Of a stretch of 64,000 bases of DNA, positions 9,555-19,305 are shown in pieces. This stretch comes from Deferrisomatales bacterium (GTDB lineage Bacteria; Desulfobacterota; Deferrisomatia; Deferrisomatales; JACRMM01). The position numbers and the translations under genes are program-made. The notes below the pieces were generated by a model, which did not search any database, had not been told where the DNA came from, and saw nothing but the letters and a program-made list of their open reading frames with translations. Where the stretch lies: NCBI GenBank assembly GCA_033551855.1, contig JAWSUI010000010.1, positions 24,273 through 88,272 of the forward strand, in the 5' to 3' direction. Within the stretch, counting starts at the first letter, position 1; the number at the start of each line of letters is the position of its first letter.

Positions 9555-9716
9555 GGGCAACGGTCCCTCGTCCGTGGTGAGATATCCGTCGCAGAGACAC
9601 CAGGGACCTGTGAAGCACAAGGAACGCTGCAGCGAGCAGCCGCCCGGGTCGGTCGGCTCCCCACGTTTCCCTCGTCACGCGTCACGGATCCCGGCTCACC
9701 CCTCGCCGGCCGGGCC

Positions 9717-10598
9717 TCACCCCCATCGCCAGAGGGAGATCACGATCAGCACGCCCAAGGCGACCAGGAGATTCACGTAGGCCATGACGTAGAAGACCCG
9801 GACGAGGGGCTCGCCGCCGCGCTCGGCCTCCTCCCCGGCCGCGGAGCGCGACGGGAACCCGTCGAGCCTCTCGGGACCGTGGGGCGCCCCGGCCAAGGCC
9901 TCCTCCAGGTCCTGTCCCGCCTGGTGGCGCCGGAAGTGGTTTCCGTCCTTCCAGCGCCGGCTCGCCGTGAGGTCGTAGATCCGGTCTCCCACCTTGACCC
10001 AGGCCGGCCGGCCCTCCCGGCCGTCGTTGGCCTGCCACCCGGCTCGGAGCCGCTTGAGGTGGGGGCTGATGAAGAGGGTTGCGACGGCCGCCGAGGCCAC
10101 CAGAAAGAGGAAGAGCCCGATCTTCACCAGGAGGAGCTGCCCGGCCTCCGTGGCGAGGAGGTTCGCCGGGCTCTGGAAGCGCATCTTGGTGAGGGGCACC
10201 CCGGTGGCTGCCAGGACCGCCATGGAGATCCAGGCAATGCGCATCTCGGCCCGGGGCAGCCCCCCGAGGGCGTACTTGGGCCGGAGCACCACGTGCACGT
10301 AGAAGATCGTGCCGAACCACATGACGGCGGTGGTGAGGTGGAGGAACCCGAGGGCCAGGCGCACCGCCTTCATCGCCGGAGACCGGCTCCGGATCTGAAT
10401 CTGCTCGGGGATGGGCCACGCACCGCCCGCCGCGACGAACGCCTCCCCGACGGGTGTCAGCGGTCCTCCACCGAAATCGTCCCGATGGCAGACCCCACAA
10501 TCCTGACCGGTGCGGTCGGCGTACTCCTCGGTCGCGGAGGAGACCCCCGCGAAGCACAAGAGCGCGAGCACGGCGATGGCGAGGCGGGCGCAGGTCAT
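9717..10598 (-). CDS. Membrane protein fusing a CxxCH cytochrome c motif, CopD-like TM helices and a cytochrome b5-like domain
   Basis: Signal peptide, then CGVCH. TM block LHLTTAVMWFG...LLVKIGLF. b5-like VGDRIYDLT..WKDGNH..HQAGQDL...APHG. Confidence 0.75.
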   Translation of the reverse strand: MTCARLAIAVLALLCFAGVSSATEEYADRTGQDCGVCHRDDFGGGPLTPVGEAFVAAGGAWPIPEQIQIRSRSPAMKAVRLALGFLHLTTAVMWFGTIFYVHVVLRPKYALGGLPRAEMRIAWISMAVLAATGVPLTKMRFQSPANLLATEAGQLLLVKIGLFLFLVASAAVATLFISPHLKRLRAGWQANDGREGRPAWVKVGDRIYDLTASRRWKDGNHFRRHQAGQDLEEALAGAPHGPERLDGFPSRSAAGEEAERGGEPLVRVFYVMAYVNLLVALGVLIVISLWRWG

Positions 10599-10846
10599 CG
10601 GGCCTCCAGAAGTGGTCCCTGACTTGTAGCACTCGACCACGCCTGCCGCAACTGCCCAGCAACCCTCGGAATCCACCGTCTGGCGACGAGCGGGCGGCAG
10701 GGGGCCCTGGATCCGCGCCCTCCCGAACCCCATGAGACTCCGGACCGGTGGTCCCGGGTTCCTCCCAGCGGTTTACCCGACCGGGGGCGCGTGGTACCGT
10801 TCCGCGGACGGTGCCGCACCCAACCTCTCGACCCAAGAGGATACCC

Positions 10847-11623
10847 ATGGCCTACACCGATCTCACCCTCGAGCGCGACGGAGAGGTGGCCGTCCTGACC
10901 CTCAACCGCCCCACCAAGCGCAACTCCCTGTCCCTGGGTCTGATGGAGGAAGTTCTGGAGGCTCTCGCAGAGGTGCAGGCCGACGCCGCGGTGGGCGCCT
11001 TGGTGGTCCGAGGGGCCGGCCCCGCCTTCTGCGCCGGCCACGACCTCTCGGAGATGACCGGCAGGGACGTGGTCGCCTACCGGCGGGTCTTCGACACCTG
11101 CACCCGGATGATGGCCGCGATCCAGGCCCTTCCCCGGCCGGTGATCGCCCAGGTGCACGGGATTGCCACCGCCGCCGGGTGCCAGCTCGTGGCAACCTGC
11201 GACCTGGCGGTGGCCGAGGAGGGAGCCCGTTTCGCCACGCCTGGGGTGAAGATCGGGCTCTTCTGCTCCACGCCGATGGTCCCGCTCACCCGGGCGGTGG
11301 GGCGCAAGAAGGCCCTCGAGATGCTTCTCACCGGGGACTACCTGGACGCCCACGAGGCCCGGGCTTTCGGCCTGGTGAACAAGGTCGTCTCCCCCGCCGC
11401 CCTGGCCGACGAGACCCTGGCCCTGGCCCGCAAGGTTGCGGCGGCCAGCCCCCTGGTCCTCGGTCTGGGCAAGCAGGCCTTCTACGCCCAGGCGGACCTG
11501 CCCCAGCCGCAGGCCTACGCTTATGCGCAGGAGGTGATGAGCCTCAACGCGATGGCCGCAGACGCCCAGGAGGGGATCTGCGCCTTCCTGGAGAAGAGAA
11601 AGCCCGCCTGGACCGGCCGGTAG
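10847..11623 (+). CDS. Enoyl-CoA hydratase/isomerase family protein
   Basis: LTLNRP, AFCAGHDL, ATAAGCQLVATCD and EGICAFLEKRKPAW motifs. Confidence 0.92.
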   Translation: MAYTDLTLERDGEVAVLTLNRPTKRNSLSLGLMEEVLEALAEVQADAAVGALVVRGAGPAFCAGHDLSEMTGRDVVAYRRVFDTCTRMMAAIQALPRPVIAQVHGIATAAGCQLVATCDLAVAEEGARFATPGVKIGLFCSTPMVPLTRAVGRKKALEMLLTGDYLDAHEARAFGLVNKVVSPAALADETLALARKVAAASPLVLGLGKQAFYAQADLPQPQAYAYAQEVMSLNAMAADAQEGICAFLEKRKPAWTGR

Positions 11624-11627
11624 CGCG

Positions 11628-12071
11628 GTGCCGGCCCCCTCGCCCGTCCAGCGCTGGAAGCCCGCCGCCCGGGCCAGGACCCAGGTGCTCCTGGCGGCCG
11701 TGCTCTGGACGGGGGTTGGGGGCGGGCTCGCCGCCGCCGGAATCCGCTGGTCCCTGCTGGCCCCGGCCCTGTGGCCCGCCGCCATCCTGGCCGTGGCCCT
11801 GCCCCTGGGCCTTCTCAAGGGGCGGCTCGCCCTGGATCGGACAGCCGCGAGGATCGCCAGCCGGATCGCCCGCCGAGGGGATGGCACCTGCCTCGGGGGG
11901 TTTCTCTCCTGGAAGACCTGGCTCTTCGTCCTGGCCATGGTCGGGCTCGGCGGGACCCTTCGCGGCAGCGACCTGCCCCGGGCCGTCCTCGGCCTGCTCT
12001 ACACGGCTGTGGGGATCTCGATGCTCTGGGGGAGCCGGGTCTTCTGGGCGGAGTGGCGTTCCGCACGGTGA
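11628..12071 (+). CDS. Hypothetical 4-TM membrane protein
   Basis: Four hydrophobic segments; directly downstream of the hydratase. Confidence 0.65.
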   Translation: MPAPSPVQRWKPAARARTQVLLAAVLWTGVGGGLAAAGIRWSLLAPALWPAAILAVALPLGLLKGRLALDRTAARIASRIARRGDGTCLGGFLSWKTWLFVLAMVGLGGTLRGSDLPRAVLGLLYTAVGISMLWGSRVFWAEWRSAR

Positions 12072-12129
12072 GGGCTGCGGTGCCGCCCTCGGATTCCCCG
12101 CCGATGCGGCATCCCGCGAGCCGCCTCCC

Positions 12130-12771
12130 TCAGGGAACCAGCGCCGAGAGGAAGCAGCGCACCGCGACGAAGCCCGTAACCCTGTCGTCTGAAAATGGCG
12201 GAAACGGGTCGCCCGCCTCCACCAGGGTCTCGAAGGGAAGGTCGGAGCGAGGTCCCAGGGGAAGCCAGGCGGACGGCCCCAGGCTCCGGTCACGGTAGAG
12301 ACCCTCGCCCCGGGGGTAGGGGTTGCCCAGCGGCCCCGCCGCCACTTCGCAGGTGCCGCTCGCGGACAAGACCAGCGCGAACCGCTCTCCTGCGGCGAAG
12401 AAGGGCGTGCCCGGCACAGCAAAGGTCCGGAAGCCGACCACCGAGGGGGACGGCGGCAGGTTCTCGGCGGGGAGCGAGAGGCTGGCCACCACCGTCTGCC
12501 CGGGAGCGGCGCCGTCCACCTCCCGAACCTGGAGGGTGAACGCACCGGACGCGCAGCCGACCGGCAACCTCACCGCGGCCAGCCTCCCGGTCATCCCCGC
12601 CGTCAGCGTCTGGGCGAGCTCCTGGCCCGCGCTCCCGCCCACGACAAAGGGGGGCACCCCCCCGTCCAGCAGGGGCTGGGACTGGTCCACGAAGGCGGCC
12701 CCCGCCCCGCCCGCCGCCAAGAGAAGGCCCAGCGCGGCCGCCAACCACACCCCCGCCCTGTTCCGCCCCAC
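12130..12771 (-). CDS. Hypothetical secreted protein
   Basis: AGGAGG RBS, signal peptide ending AGA-A, beta-rich body, C-terminus RCFLSALVP. Confidence 0.65.
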   Translation of the reverse strand: MGRNRAGVWLAAALGLLLAAGGAGAAFVDQSQPLLDGGVPPFVVGGSAGQELAQTLTAGMTGRLAAVRLPVGCASGAFTLQVREVDGAAPGQTVVASLSLPAENLPPSPSVVGFRTFAVPGTPFFAAGERFALVLSASGTCEVAAGPLGNPYPRGEGLYRDRSLGPSAWLPLGPRSDLPFETLVEAGDPFPPFSDDRVTGFVAVRCFLSALVP

Positions 12772-12855
12772 GACCGGCCTCCTTCTGCGATCCCCGCGCC
12801 CCCCACGCCCGGAAGAGCTTTCCCCACCGCCCCCCTGGCGCCCTTCGCCTTCCGG

Positions 12856-13650
12856 CTAGAGACGGGGGATGCTCCCCCACTCGACCAGGGCCTCCTGGAT
12901 GAACCCGACCACAGCGTCCTGAACGGCGGCGCCCTTCCTCTCGGGAACGAGCGCCGGGCCGAAGCGGAAGCGCACGGGGAGCGAGGGGTCCACGCGGCCG
13001 AAGTCCTTGAGGATGCGTCCGCTCCCCCAGGCATCGGTTCGCAGGGCCAGCGGCACGACGGCCACGCCCGCCCGGGCCGCGAGCTTGACCCCGAGGGTGT
13101 TGAACTGGGAGGGATCGAAACCCGGGGAGCGGACCCCCTGGGGGAAGACGATCACCGAGACGCCCCGGGCCAGTCTCTGCGCACCCCCGTCGAAGACGGC
13201 CTTCAGGTCCTCCCGTGGGTTCTTCCGGGCCACCGGGATGGGGTCGCGGGAACGCAGCACCGGCCCGAAGACCGGGTACTGCAGCAGGGTGTCCTTGACC
13301 ACGAAGGTGATCGGGCGCACCGGCTGGATGATCGCCGGCAGCACGAAGGTCTCGAGGGTGCTCATGTGGTTGGCCACGAAGACCGCCGGCCCACCCAGGC
13401 CCCGCAGGTGCTCCATCCCCTCGACGACCAGCCGCATGCCGGCCCGCTCCATGGCCCCGATGATCCCCAGGCTCGCCGCCACCCATTGCGCGTCCCCGTA
13501 GGCGCCTCGCCTGGCCAGGCGGCCCGAGCGCCACACGATCCGCAGCACGGCGGGGTAGAAGGCGAGCGCCGGCCAGGGCGAGAGACGGGCCAGGACCGAA
13601 GGTCGGCGGCCGGGGGGGGTCTGGTAGGTGTCCAGGTCGGCGAGGGCCAT
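12856..13650 (-). CDS. Lysophospholipid acyltransferase (PlsC family)
   Basis: VANHMSTLE (HxxxxE variant) and IVFPQG motifs. Confidence 0.85.
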   Translation of the reverse strand: MALADLDTYQTPPGRRPSVLARLSPWPALAFYPAVLRIVWRSGRLARRGAYGDAQWVAASLGIIGAMERAGMRLVVEGMEHLRGLGGPAVFVANHMSTLETFVLPAIIQPVRPITFVVKDTLLQYPVFGPVLRSRDPIPVARKNPREDLKAVFDGGAQRLARGVSVIVFPQGVRSPGFDPSQFNTLGVKLAARAGVAVVPLALRTDAWGSGRILKDFGRVDPSLPVRFRFGPALVPERKGAAVQDAVVGFIQEALVEWGSIPRL

Positions 13651-13763
13651 GAGGGGCCTCCCTGTGGGTCCGCGGGGAGGCCCGCAGTATACACCAAAGC
13701 CGGGCCCCCCCGGGGGATCCCGCCCCCGGTCCTGCCGCCGACGGCTCCCGCGACGGCTCGCGG

Positions 13764-14864
13764 CTAGAAACCCCCGGCCCCGCGGCGGCGGGCAGGTGGG
13801 TCCCGGCGCAGGAGCGCGAAGAACCAGGCGGCCACCAGGAGCGTCGTGGCCGCCCGGCCCGGGACCGAGCTCACCACCGGGGCTCCCCAGCGGTCGTAGC
13901 GGGACAGCCAGGGCGTGGGCCCTTCACCCGGCTCGACGCCGGCCCGTCGGTTGCGGCGGCAGTCCAGGGCGAAGGCGAGTTGCCAGGCGTTGGCCGCCAC
14001 GAAGCCCCCCGTGCCCCACCAGTACCCCAGGAACCGCCGCCACCCGCCGGCGAGGCTTGCCCGGTGGGCGAGCCTCGCAAAGGGAGCGAGACGAAGCCGC
14101 CCCGCGCCGGACTGCTCCCGGTAGGCCTGCCCGGCCTTCTCGAAGAACGCCCCCAACCCGATGACGTCGAAGTTGCGCAGCAAAGCGTTCAGGGTCTGCC
14201 GCTCGCGAAGTCCCTCGGTCTCGAAGCGGCGGGCCGACGTGACCAACCGGCCCGGCAGGGTGACCCAGGCGCCGGTCGCGAAGACCCGGCGGGCGAGGCG
14301 GGCGTCTTCCAGATAGGGAAGCGACTCGTCGAACCCCCCCAGCTCCTCGAAGTACCTTGGCGACAGCCACAGGCCCTGGTCGCCGTTCACGCACTCCGGC
14401 CGGGCCAGGGATGCCTTGGCCTCGTAGAAGTAGTAGGCGGCGTCGGCACGGGGCGAACCGGGGAGAGAACGGGCGAAGCGAAGGCCGAAGTGCCCCGCCA
14501 CCCGGTGCGTGCCCCGGCGGGCCCGCTCCGCCTCGATCCGGGCCCGGGCCGCGGCCAGCAGGCGTCGATCGCGGAGCTCCGTGTCCGCGTGGAGGAAGAG
14601 GAGGTCCGGGCCTCGGGCCCGGCTCGCCCCGGCGTTGAGCTGGTGTGCCCGCCCCGGGGCCGCCGACAGAGTCCTCACGGCGAGGCCGCGAGCGGCGAAG
14701 GACTCCCCGGCGAGGGCGGTCCGGTCCTGGCTCCCGCCGTCGGCCACGACCACTTCGAGGCGGACCCCCTCCTGCGCCAGGAGCCCCTCGAGGAGCACCG
14801 GCAGGGCCTGCTCCTCGTCGCGGGCGGGGATGACGACCGAGAGCTCCGGCAAGGGAGACGACAC
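13764..14864 (-). CDS. Family 2 glycosyltransferase (TIGR04283-like)
   Basis: SVVIPARDE, VADGGSQD, GRAHQLNAGA, LLFLHADT, GDQG and TSARRF motifs. Confidence 0.85.
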   Translation of the reverse strand: MSSPLPELSVVIPARDEEQALPVLLEGLLAQEGVRLEVVVADGGSQDRTALAGESFAARGLAVRTLSAAPGRAHQLNAGASRARGPDLLFLHADTELRDRRLLAAARARIEAERARRGTHRVAGHFGLRFARSLPGSPRADAAYYFYEAKASLARPECVNGDQGLWLSPRYFEELGGFDESLPYLEDARLARRVFATGAWVTLPGRLVTSARRFETEGLRERQTLNALLRNFDVIGLGAFFEKAGQAYREQSGAGRLRLAPFARLAHRASLAGGWRRFLGYWWGTGGFVAANAWQLAFALDCRRNRRAGVEPGEGPTPWLSRYDRWGAPVVSSVPGRAATTLLVAAWFFALLRRDPPARRRGAGGF

Positions 14865-14898
14865 GCTGCGAGCCCGCGCCTGGGTCCCTGGGAACCGC

Positions 14899-15789
14899 TC
14901 AGCCCCGGGCCCTGGGCTCGGCCCGGACCATCAGGAAGAAGATCACCCCCAGCACCAGGAGGGAGGCCAGGAGCAGGGCGAAGATCACCGGCTCCGGGTG
15001 GTCGAGGGCCGCGATGAAGAGCTTGCGGATGAAGGCCACGAGGGCGAGCTCGAGGAAGAGCCTCACGTGGAACTTCCCCCCCCGAAGATGGTCCACTTCG
15101 GCTTGGAGCAGCTCGATCATCATCCAGAGCAGGAGGAGCGACCCCAGCGACTGGATCACACCCCGGGCGAGATCTGTCCCGAAGGCGTGGACGATGTCGG
15201 ATACGAAGAGGCTCAGGACCCCGACCGCCATGGCCAGGAGCCCGACCATGAGGAGGAGGTTGAGGCCGTGCAGCAGCCGCTCTGCCCAACGCACCAGAAC
15301 GGACTCGAACCGACGGGACAGAAAGACGTTCTTGAGCTCTTCCTCGCGGTAGGAGCTCGTCAGGACGTCGAGGTGGAGGTCGAGCGCCTTGTCCAGAGTC
15401 GCCACCAGGGCGTCGCGCTCGCGAGGGTCCGGCACCTGAGCCGCCACGTGCCGGCTGCAAAATGATCGGATGAAGTGCATGGCGGCGTTCACGAAGTGTC
15501 CGGGCAGGCCGATCTTCACGTGCACCTTGCCGATGCGCTCGAGCCGGCGCAGGAGACGGTTGTCATACTCCGCCGCCAGCAGATCACGGAACCAGCCCTT
15601 GATGGTGGTCTTGCGCCGTTCCACGGCCTCGGGGGTCTCGAAGTAGCGGGCGGTCTGGGGGTCTTCCGCCAGGTAGTCGTAAAACTCGTCGGCCAGGGAA
15701 TCCGCTGCCGGGAGCAGGAGCTCTGCCAGGCGCGGCAGGTTCTTCTCATCCACTGGGCCGAACCGATAGTCCCGCAGGACCTCCTTCAT
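14899..15789 (-). CDS. Protoglobin/globin-sensor domain fused to a PsiE-like membrane domain
   Basis: Globin-like FYDYL...RIGKVHVKIGL. The C-terminal four TMs contain FLELALVAFIRKL (PsiE-like). Start uncertain (15789 or 15798). Confidence 0.8.
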   Translation of the reverse strand: MKEVLRDYRFGPVDEKNLPRLAELLLPAADSLADEFYDYLAEDPQTARYFETPEAVERRKTTIKGWFRDLLAAEYDNRLLRRLERIGKVHVKIGLPGHFVNAAMHFIRSFCSRHVAAQVPDPRERDALVATLDKALDLHLDVLTSSYREEELKNVFLSRRFESVLVRWAERLLHGLNLLLMVGLLAMAVGVLSLFVSDIVHAFGTDLARGVIQSLGSLLLLWMMIELLQAEVDHLRGGKFHVRLFLELALVAFIRKLFIAALDHPEPVIFALLLASLLVLGVIFFLMVRAEPRARG

Positions 15790-15919
15790 CGAGTGCACCG
15801 GTGTCCCTCCCTCGCGTTCCCTCGCACAGGCTGCGGGCCACGGAACGTCCTCCCTGCAGCGCAACGGGTCGACAGGTTTGCGGCGCTTCGGGATCCATCA
15901 CCCCTTGGCATGGGGGCGG

Positions 15920-17506
15920 TCAGGCGAGACCCTCTGCCCGCAAGAGCGCAAGTGCCGCCTCCAGGGTCTGCTGCGGTGTCCCCGCGACGGGCAGAGAGCG
16001 CACCGCCGGCAGACTTCGGGGGCCGACCTCGTCCCACGCCGCGGCCGCCCGGAGAAAGACACCCCAGTCCGCATCCGAGGGGCCGGGGGCGCGGGCAGCC
16101 AGCCTCCGTCGGACCGTTTCCGGGTCGATCTCGCACAGGAGCAGGAGGCAGGGAACGCCCACCTCCGCACCGGCGGCGAGGAGGGCCTTTCGCCGCGACT
16201 CCTGCCGGAAGCTCCCGTCGACGAGGACCCTCCCGCCCCGGGACAGGCACTCCTTCGCCCGCCGGAAGCACTCGGCGTAGGTCCTCTCGTCCCAGTCGGC
16301 CGAGTAGAGCCCCTCCCCGTAAGGCGCCGCCGCGGGAGCGCCGGGGGGAAGCCCCGCCAATTCCTTGCGGATTCGATCGGTGGACAAGACCGTGAACCCG
16401 GCCCGCTCCGACAACCCCCCCGCCAGGGTGGACTTCCCCGTGCCCGGCAAGCCCCCCACGGCGAGAAGGCACGGCCGGCGTCCCGGGGCCTCGAGCACTC
16501 CCAGGCCGAAGAGCCAGTACGCGCGCGCGCTTCTCCGCGCCGCCTCCCGCTGGGGCACCGGGACCTCTTCCTCACAGGCCCGCAGACCTTCCACCTTGGC
16601 GCGGACCGCCGCCCGGTAGGCCTCGTACAAGGGGAACAGCCGCAGACCCTCCGCGTCCTCGGCCTCCTGCGCGTAGGCGCGCCGGAATGGGGCCGCCAGG
16701 TCCGGTCGCCCCCGGAACCCCAGGTCCATGGAGAGAAACGCCGCGTCTGCCACCGGGTCTGCGTGCCGGAACCGCTCGCTGAACTCGACGCAGTCCACGA
16801 TGACCAGGTCTTGGGGGGGCGGGCGGTCCGGAAAGACGTACACGTGGTCCAGCCGCAGGTCTCCGTGGGTGTCTCGGGGCACCCCCCGCGCGGCCCGGTC
16901 CTCCACCAGGGACCGGTGCTCCGTCAACACCTGCTCGGTCAGGAGGCGAAAGCGCTCGAACACCGCGGGCACCGGGACCCCTTCGGTCCCGGCCTGCGCC
17001 TGTTCGAAGTTCTCCCGGGCGTTTCGGGCCACGACCTGCCAGCGGGCCGCTGCGCTCACGTGGGGCCCGCCCTCCGCCCGCCGGTGAAACGACGCCAACC
17101 GAGCGGCAACGGCGGCGAGAAGCCCAACGGCGACCTCTCCCCCCTCGAGCCGCCGGGCGAGGGTGGCTTCCTCCGGCAGCCGCTCCATCCACACCGCCCA
17201 CTCCACCGCCTCCCCCTCCCCCCCGACGACCAAGCGCCCCTGCTGGAGCGCGATCGGAACGGCCCCCAGATACACGGAGGGGGCGAGCCGGCGGTTGAGG
17301 CGCACCTCTTCGAGGCAGAAGTGGTGCCGACGCTCGAGGGTGGAGAAGTTCAGGAAACCCAGGTCCAGCGGTTTCTTGATCTTGTAGGCGTAGTCGCCGG
17401 CCAGGAAGACCGCGGAGATGTGCGTCTGACATACCCGGACGGTCTCGCAGGGGTGAGGATATGCCTCCGGTCGGGTGAGGAGCGTCAGCAGTTGGGCCGT
17501 TTCCAC
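15920..17506 (-). CDS. Aminoglycoside-phosphotransferase-like / AAA_33 kinase bifunctional protein
   Basis: QTHISAVFL, YKIKKP, HGDLRLDH and DCVEF motifs, plus a P-loop GLPGTGKST. Confidence 0.88.
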   Translation of the reverse strand: METAQLLTLLTRPEAYPHPCETVRVCQTHISAVFLAGDYAYKIKKPLDLGFLNFSTLERRHHFCLEEVRLNRRLAPSVYLGAVPIALQQGRLVVGGEGEAVEWAVWMERLPEEATLARRLEGGEVAVGLLAAVAARLASFHRRAEGGPHVSAAARWQVVARNARENFEQAQAGTEGVPVPAVFERFRLLTEQVLTEHRSLVEDRAARGVPRDTHGDLRLDHVYVFPDRPPPQDLVIVDCVEFSERFRHADPVADAAFLSMDLGFRGRPDLAAPFRRAYAQEAEDAEGLRLFPLYEAYRAAVRAKVEGLRACEEEVPVPQREAARRSARAYWLFGLGVLEAPGRRPCLLAVGGLPGTGKSTLAGGLSERAGFTVLSTDRIRKELAGLPPGAPAAAPYGEGLYSADWDERTYAECFRRAKECLSRGGRVLVDGSFRQESRRKALLAAGAEVGVPCLLLLCEIDPETVRRRLAARAPGPSDADWGVFLRAAAAWDEVGPRSLPAVRSLPVAGTPQQTLEAALALLRAEGLA

Positions 17507-17534
17507 GGCTTCCTCCGGGGCGGGGCCGGGCGAG

Positions 17535-17672
17535 CTAGCCGGCGAGGCACCCCCTTCCCGCCAGGACGGCGACGAGCACGAGCACCATCGCCAGGAAGAT
17601 CGCGGCCCAGAGGTGGCCGAGCTTCTCTTCCGTCGTAGGGGGATCCGGGTCACGGGGGAGCCGCGACCCCAC
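17535..17672 (-). CDS. Small (45 aa) single-TM protein not in the ORF track
   Basis: GTG..TAG frame MGSRLPRDPDPPTTEEKLGHLWAAIFLAMVLVLVAVLAGRGCLAG fills the gap between co-directional genes and begins 1 nt after the upstream stop. Confidence 0.5.
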   Translation of the reverse strand: MGSRLPRDPDPPTTEEKLGHLWAAIFLAMVLVLVAVLAGRGCLAG

Positions 17673-17673
17673 C

Positions 17674-17931
17674 TCAGGCCTTCCCCCGCCGGGCGTCTCG
17701 GCACGCCTGGCTGCAGAAATACTCTCCTCCGGGGCTCCGGAGCGCGGTCTCCTTGGGAATGTACACGCCGCACACCGGGTCCTGCACGAGCTCCCCTCCC
17801 TGGAGCCGCCCCCCTGCGGGGGCTCCCCCCTCGCCGCCGCCCCCGCGGGGGGCCCCGGGGAGCAGGCCGCGGACGAACCGGTACAGGAGCCACAGGAGGG
17901 CCCCGTAGAGGAGCAGGCGGAAGATTCCCAT
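17674..17931 (-). CDS. Small membrane-anchored YHS/TRASH-like metal-binding protein
   Basis: N-terminal TM, then LVQDPVCGVYIP...YFCSQAC. The start overlaps the folK stop. Confidence 0.75.
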   Translation of the reverse strand: MGIFRLLLYGALLWLLYRFVRGLLPGAPRGGGGEGGAPAGGRLQGGELVQDPVCGVYIPKETALRSPGGEYFCSQACRDARRGKA

Positions 17932-18455
17932 CAGGGGCTCCCCTCCGGCGGGCAGCCCGCCCACGGTGACGGCCCCGCGAGCCGCACGTCCGGGGTCGGG
18001 CCCAGTGCTTCTCGGAGCTCTTTCACGGTCCGGCCCAGCGCCGGGTGGACGGCATCCGGTGCGATCTCCGTGAGCGGCACCAGCACGAACCCCCTCTCGT
18101 GCATCCGGGGATGGGGAACCTCCACGCCCGCGGCTGCCACCACCCGATCCCCGTAGAGGAGCAGGTCGAGATCCACGGTCCGCGGTCCCCACCGCAGAGC
18201 CCGGGTGCGGCCGAGCTCCCCCTCGATCCGCAGCAGCGCGGCAAGCAACTCCTCCGGCGCGAGCTCGGTCTCCACCTCGAGGGCCCCGTTGACGAAGTCC
18301 GGTTGGTCGGTCAGGCCCACGGGCGCCGTCCGGTACAGGGAAGACACCCGCGCGATCCGCGTGGCCGGGAGGAGCGCCACTGCTGCCAGGGCCCGATGCA
18401 GGGTGACCTCCACGTGGCCGAGGTTGCCGCCGAAGCCAATGTGCGCGCGGGGCAT
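17931..18455 (-). CDS. folK: 2-amino-4-hydroxy-6-hydroxymethyldihydropteridine diphosphokinase
   Basis: GFGGNLG, DQPDFVN, RWGPRTVDLDLL and PHPRMHERGFVLVPL motifs. Confidence 0.95.
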   Translation of the reverse strand: MPRAHIGFGGNLGHVEVTLHRALAAVALLPATRIARVSSLYRTAPVGLTDQPDFVNGALEVETELAPEELLAALLRIEGELGRTRALRWGPRTVDLDLLLYGDRVVAAAGVEVPHPRMHERGFVLVPLTEIAPDAVHPALGRTVKELREALGPTPDVRLAGPSPWAGCPPEGSP

Positions 18456-18504
18456 CAGGCCGGCCCCCCGCGGCCGGCGACGGGGGCGAGGCAGGGCAGC
18501 GGGG

Positions 18505-19305
18505 TCACAGGCCCAGGAGGTCCGTCATGGTGTAGAAGCCCGGCGGCTGGGACGGCAGCCACAGGGCAGCCCGCAGCGCACCCCGGGCGAAGGTCTCGCG
18601 GCTGGAGGCCCGGTGGGTGATCTCGACCCGCTCACCGAGTCCGCCGAAGAGAACGGTGTGATCCCCCACCACGTCCCCGGCCCGCACGGCGTGCAGGCCG
18701 ATCTCCCGGGGCCGGCGTTCCCCCACGAGCCCCTCCCGCCCGTGGACCGCCTCGGCGGCGAGGTCACGCCCCAGGGCGGCCGCAACCGCCTCGGCCAGCG
18801 CCAGCGCGGTCCCGGAGGGGGCGTCCTTCTTGAAGCGGTGGTGGGTCTCCACGACTTCCACGTCGTAGCCGTCCCCGAGGAGGCGGGCCACGTCGGCAAC
18901 CATCCGGAGGAGCACGTTGACCCCGACGCTCATGTTGGGTGCCAGGAACACACGGGCCTCCACGCTGCGCCGGCGCACCGACTCCCGCTCGTCGGGGCGG
19001 AAACCCGTGGAGCCGATGACGATGGCCTTGCCGGCGCGGCACACCACGTCCAGGTGCTCCAGCGAGGCGGCGGCGCTGGTGAAGTCCACCACGACGTCGC
19101 CGGCGGGAAGGGCGTCGGCGAGGGCATCGGTGACCCGCACCCCCACGGCCCCGATCCCGGCCGCCTCCCCCGCGTCCCGACCCACGCACGGGTGTCCCGG
19201 CCGCTCCACGGCGGCCCCCAGGGCGATCCCCTCGGTCTCCTGGATCAGGCGCACCAGCTGCCCGCCCATCCGGCCGGCAGCGCCCGTGATCACCGCACGG
19301 ATCAA
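18505..19305 (-). CDS. dapB: 4-hydroxy-tetrahydrodipicolinate reductase
   Basis: GAAGRMG, GSTG, APNMSVG and ETHHRFKKDAPSGTA motifs. TTG start overlaps the dapA stop. Confidence 0.95.
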   Translation of the reverse strand: MIRAVITGAAGRMGGQLVRLIQETEGIALGAAVERPGHPCVGRDAGEAAGIGAVGVRVTDALADALPAGDVVVDFTSAAASLEHLDVVCRAGKAIVIGSTGFRPDERESVRRRSVEARVFLAPNMSVGVNVLLRMVADVARLLGDGYDVEVVETHHRFKKDAPSGTALALAEAVAAALGRDLAAEAVHGREGLVGERRPREIGLHAVRAGDVVGDHTVLFGGLGERVEITHRASSRETFARGALRAALWLPSQPPGFYTMTDLLGL

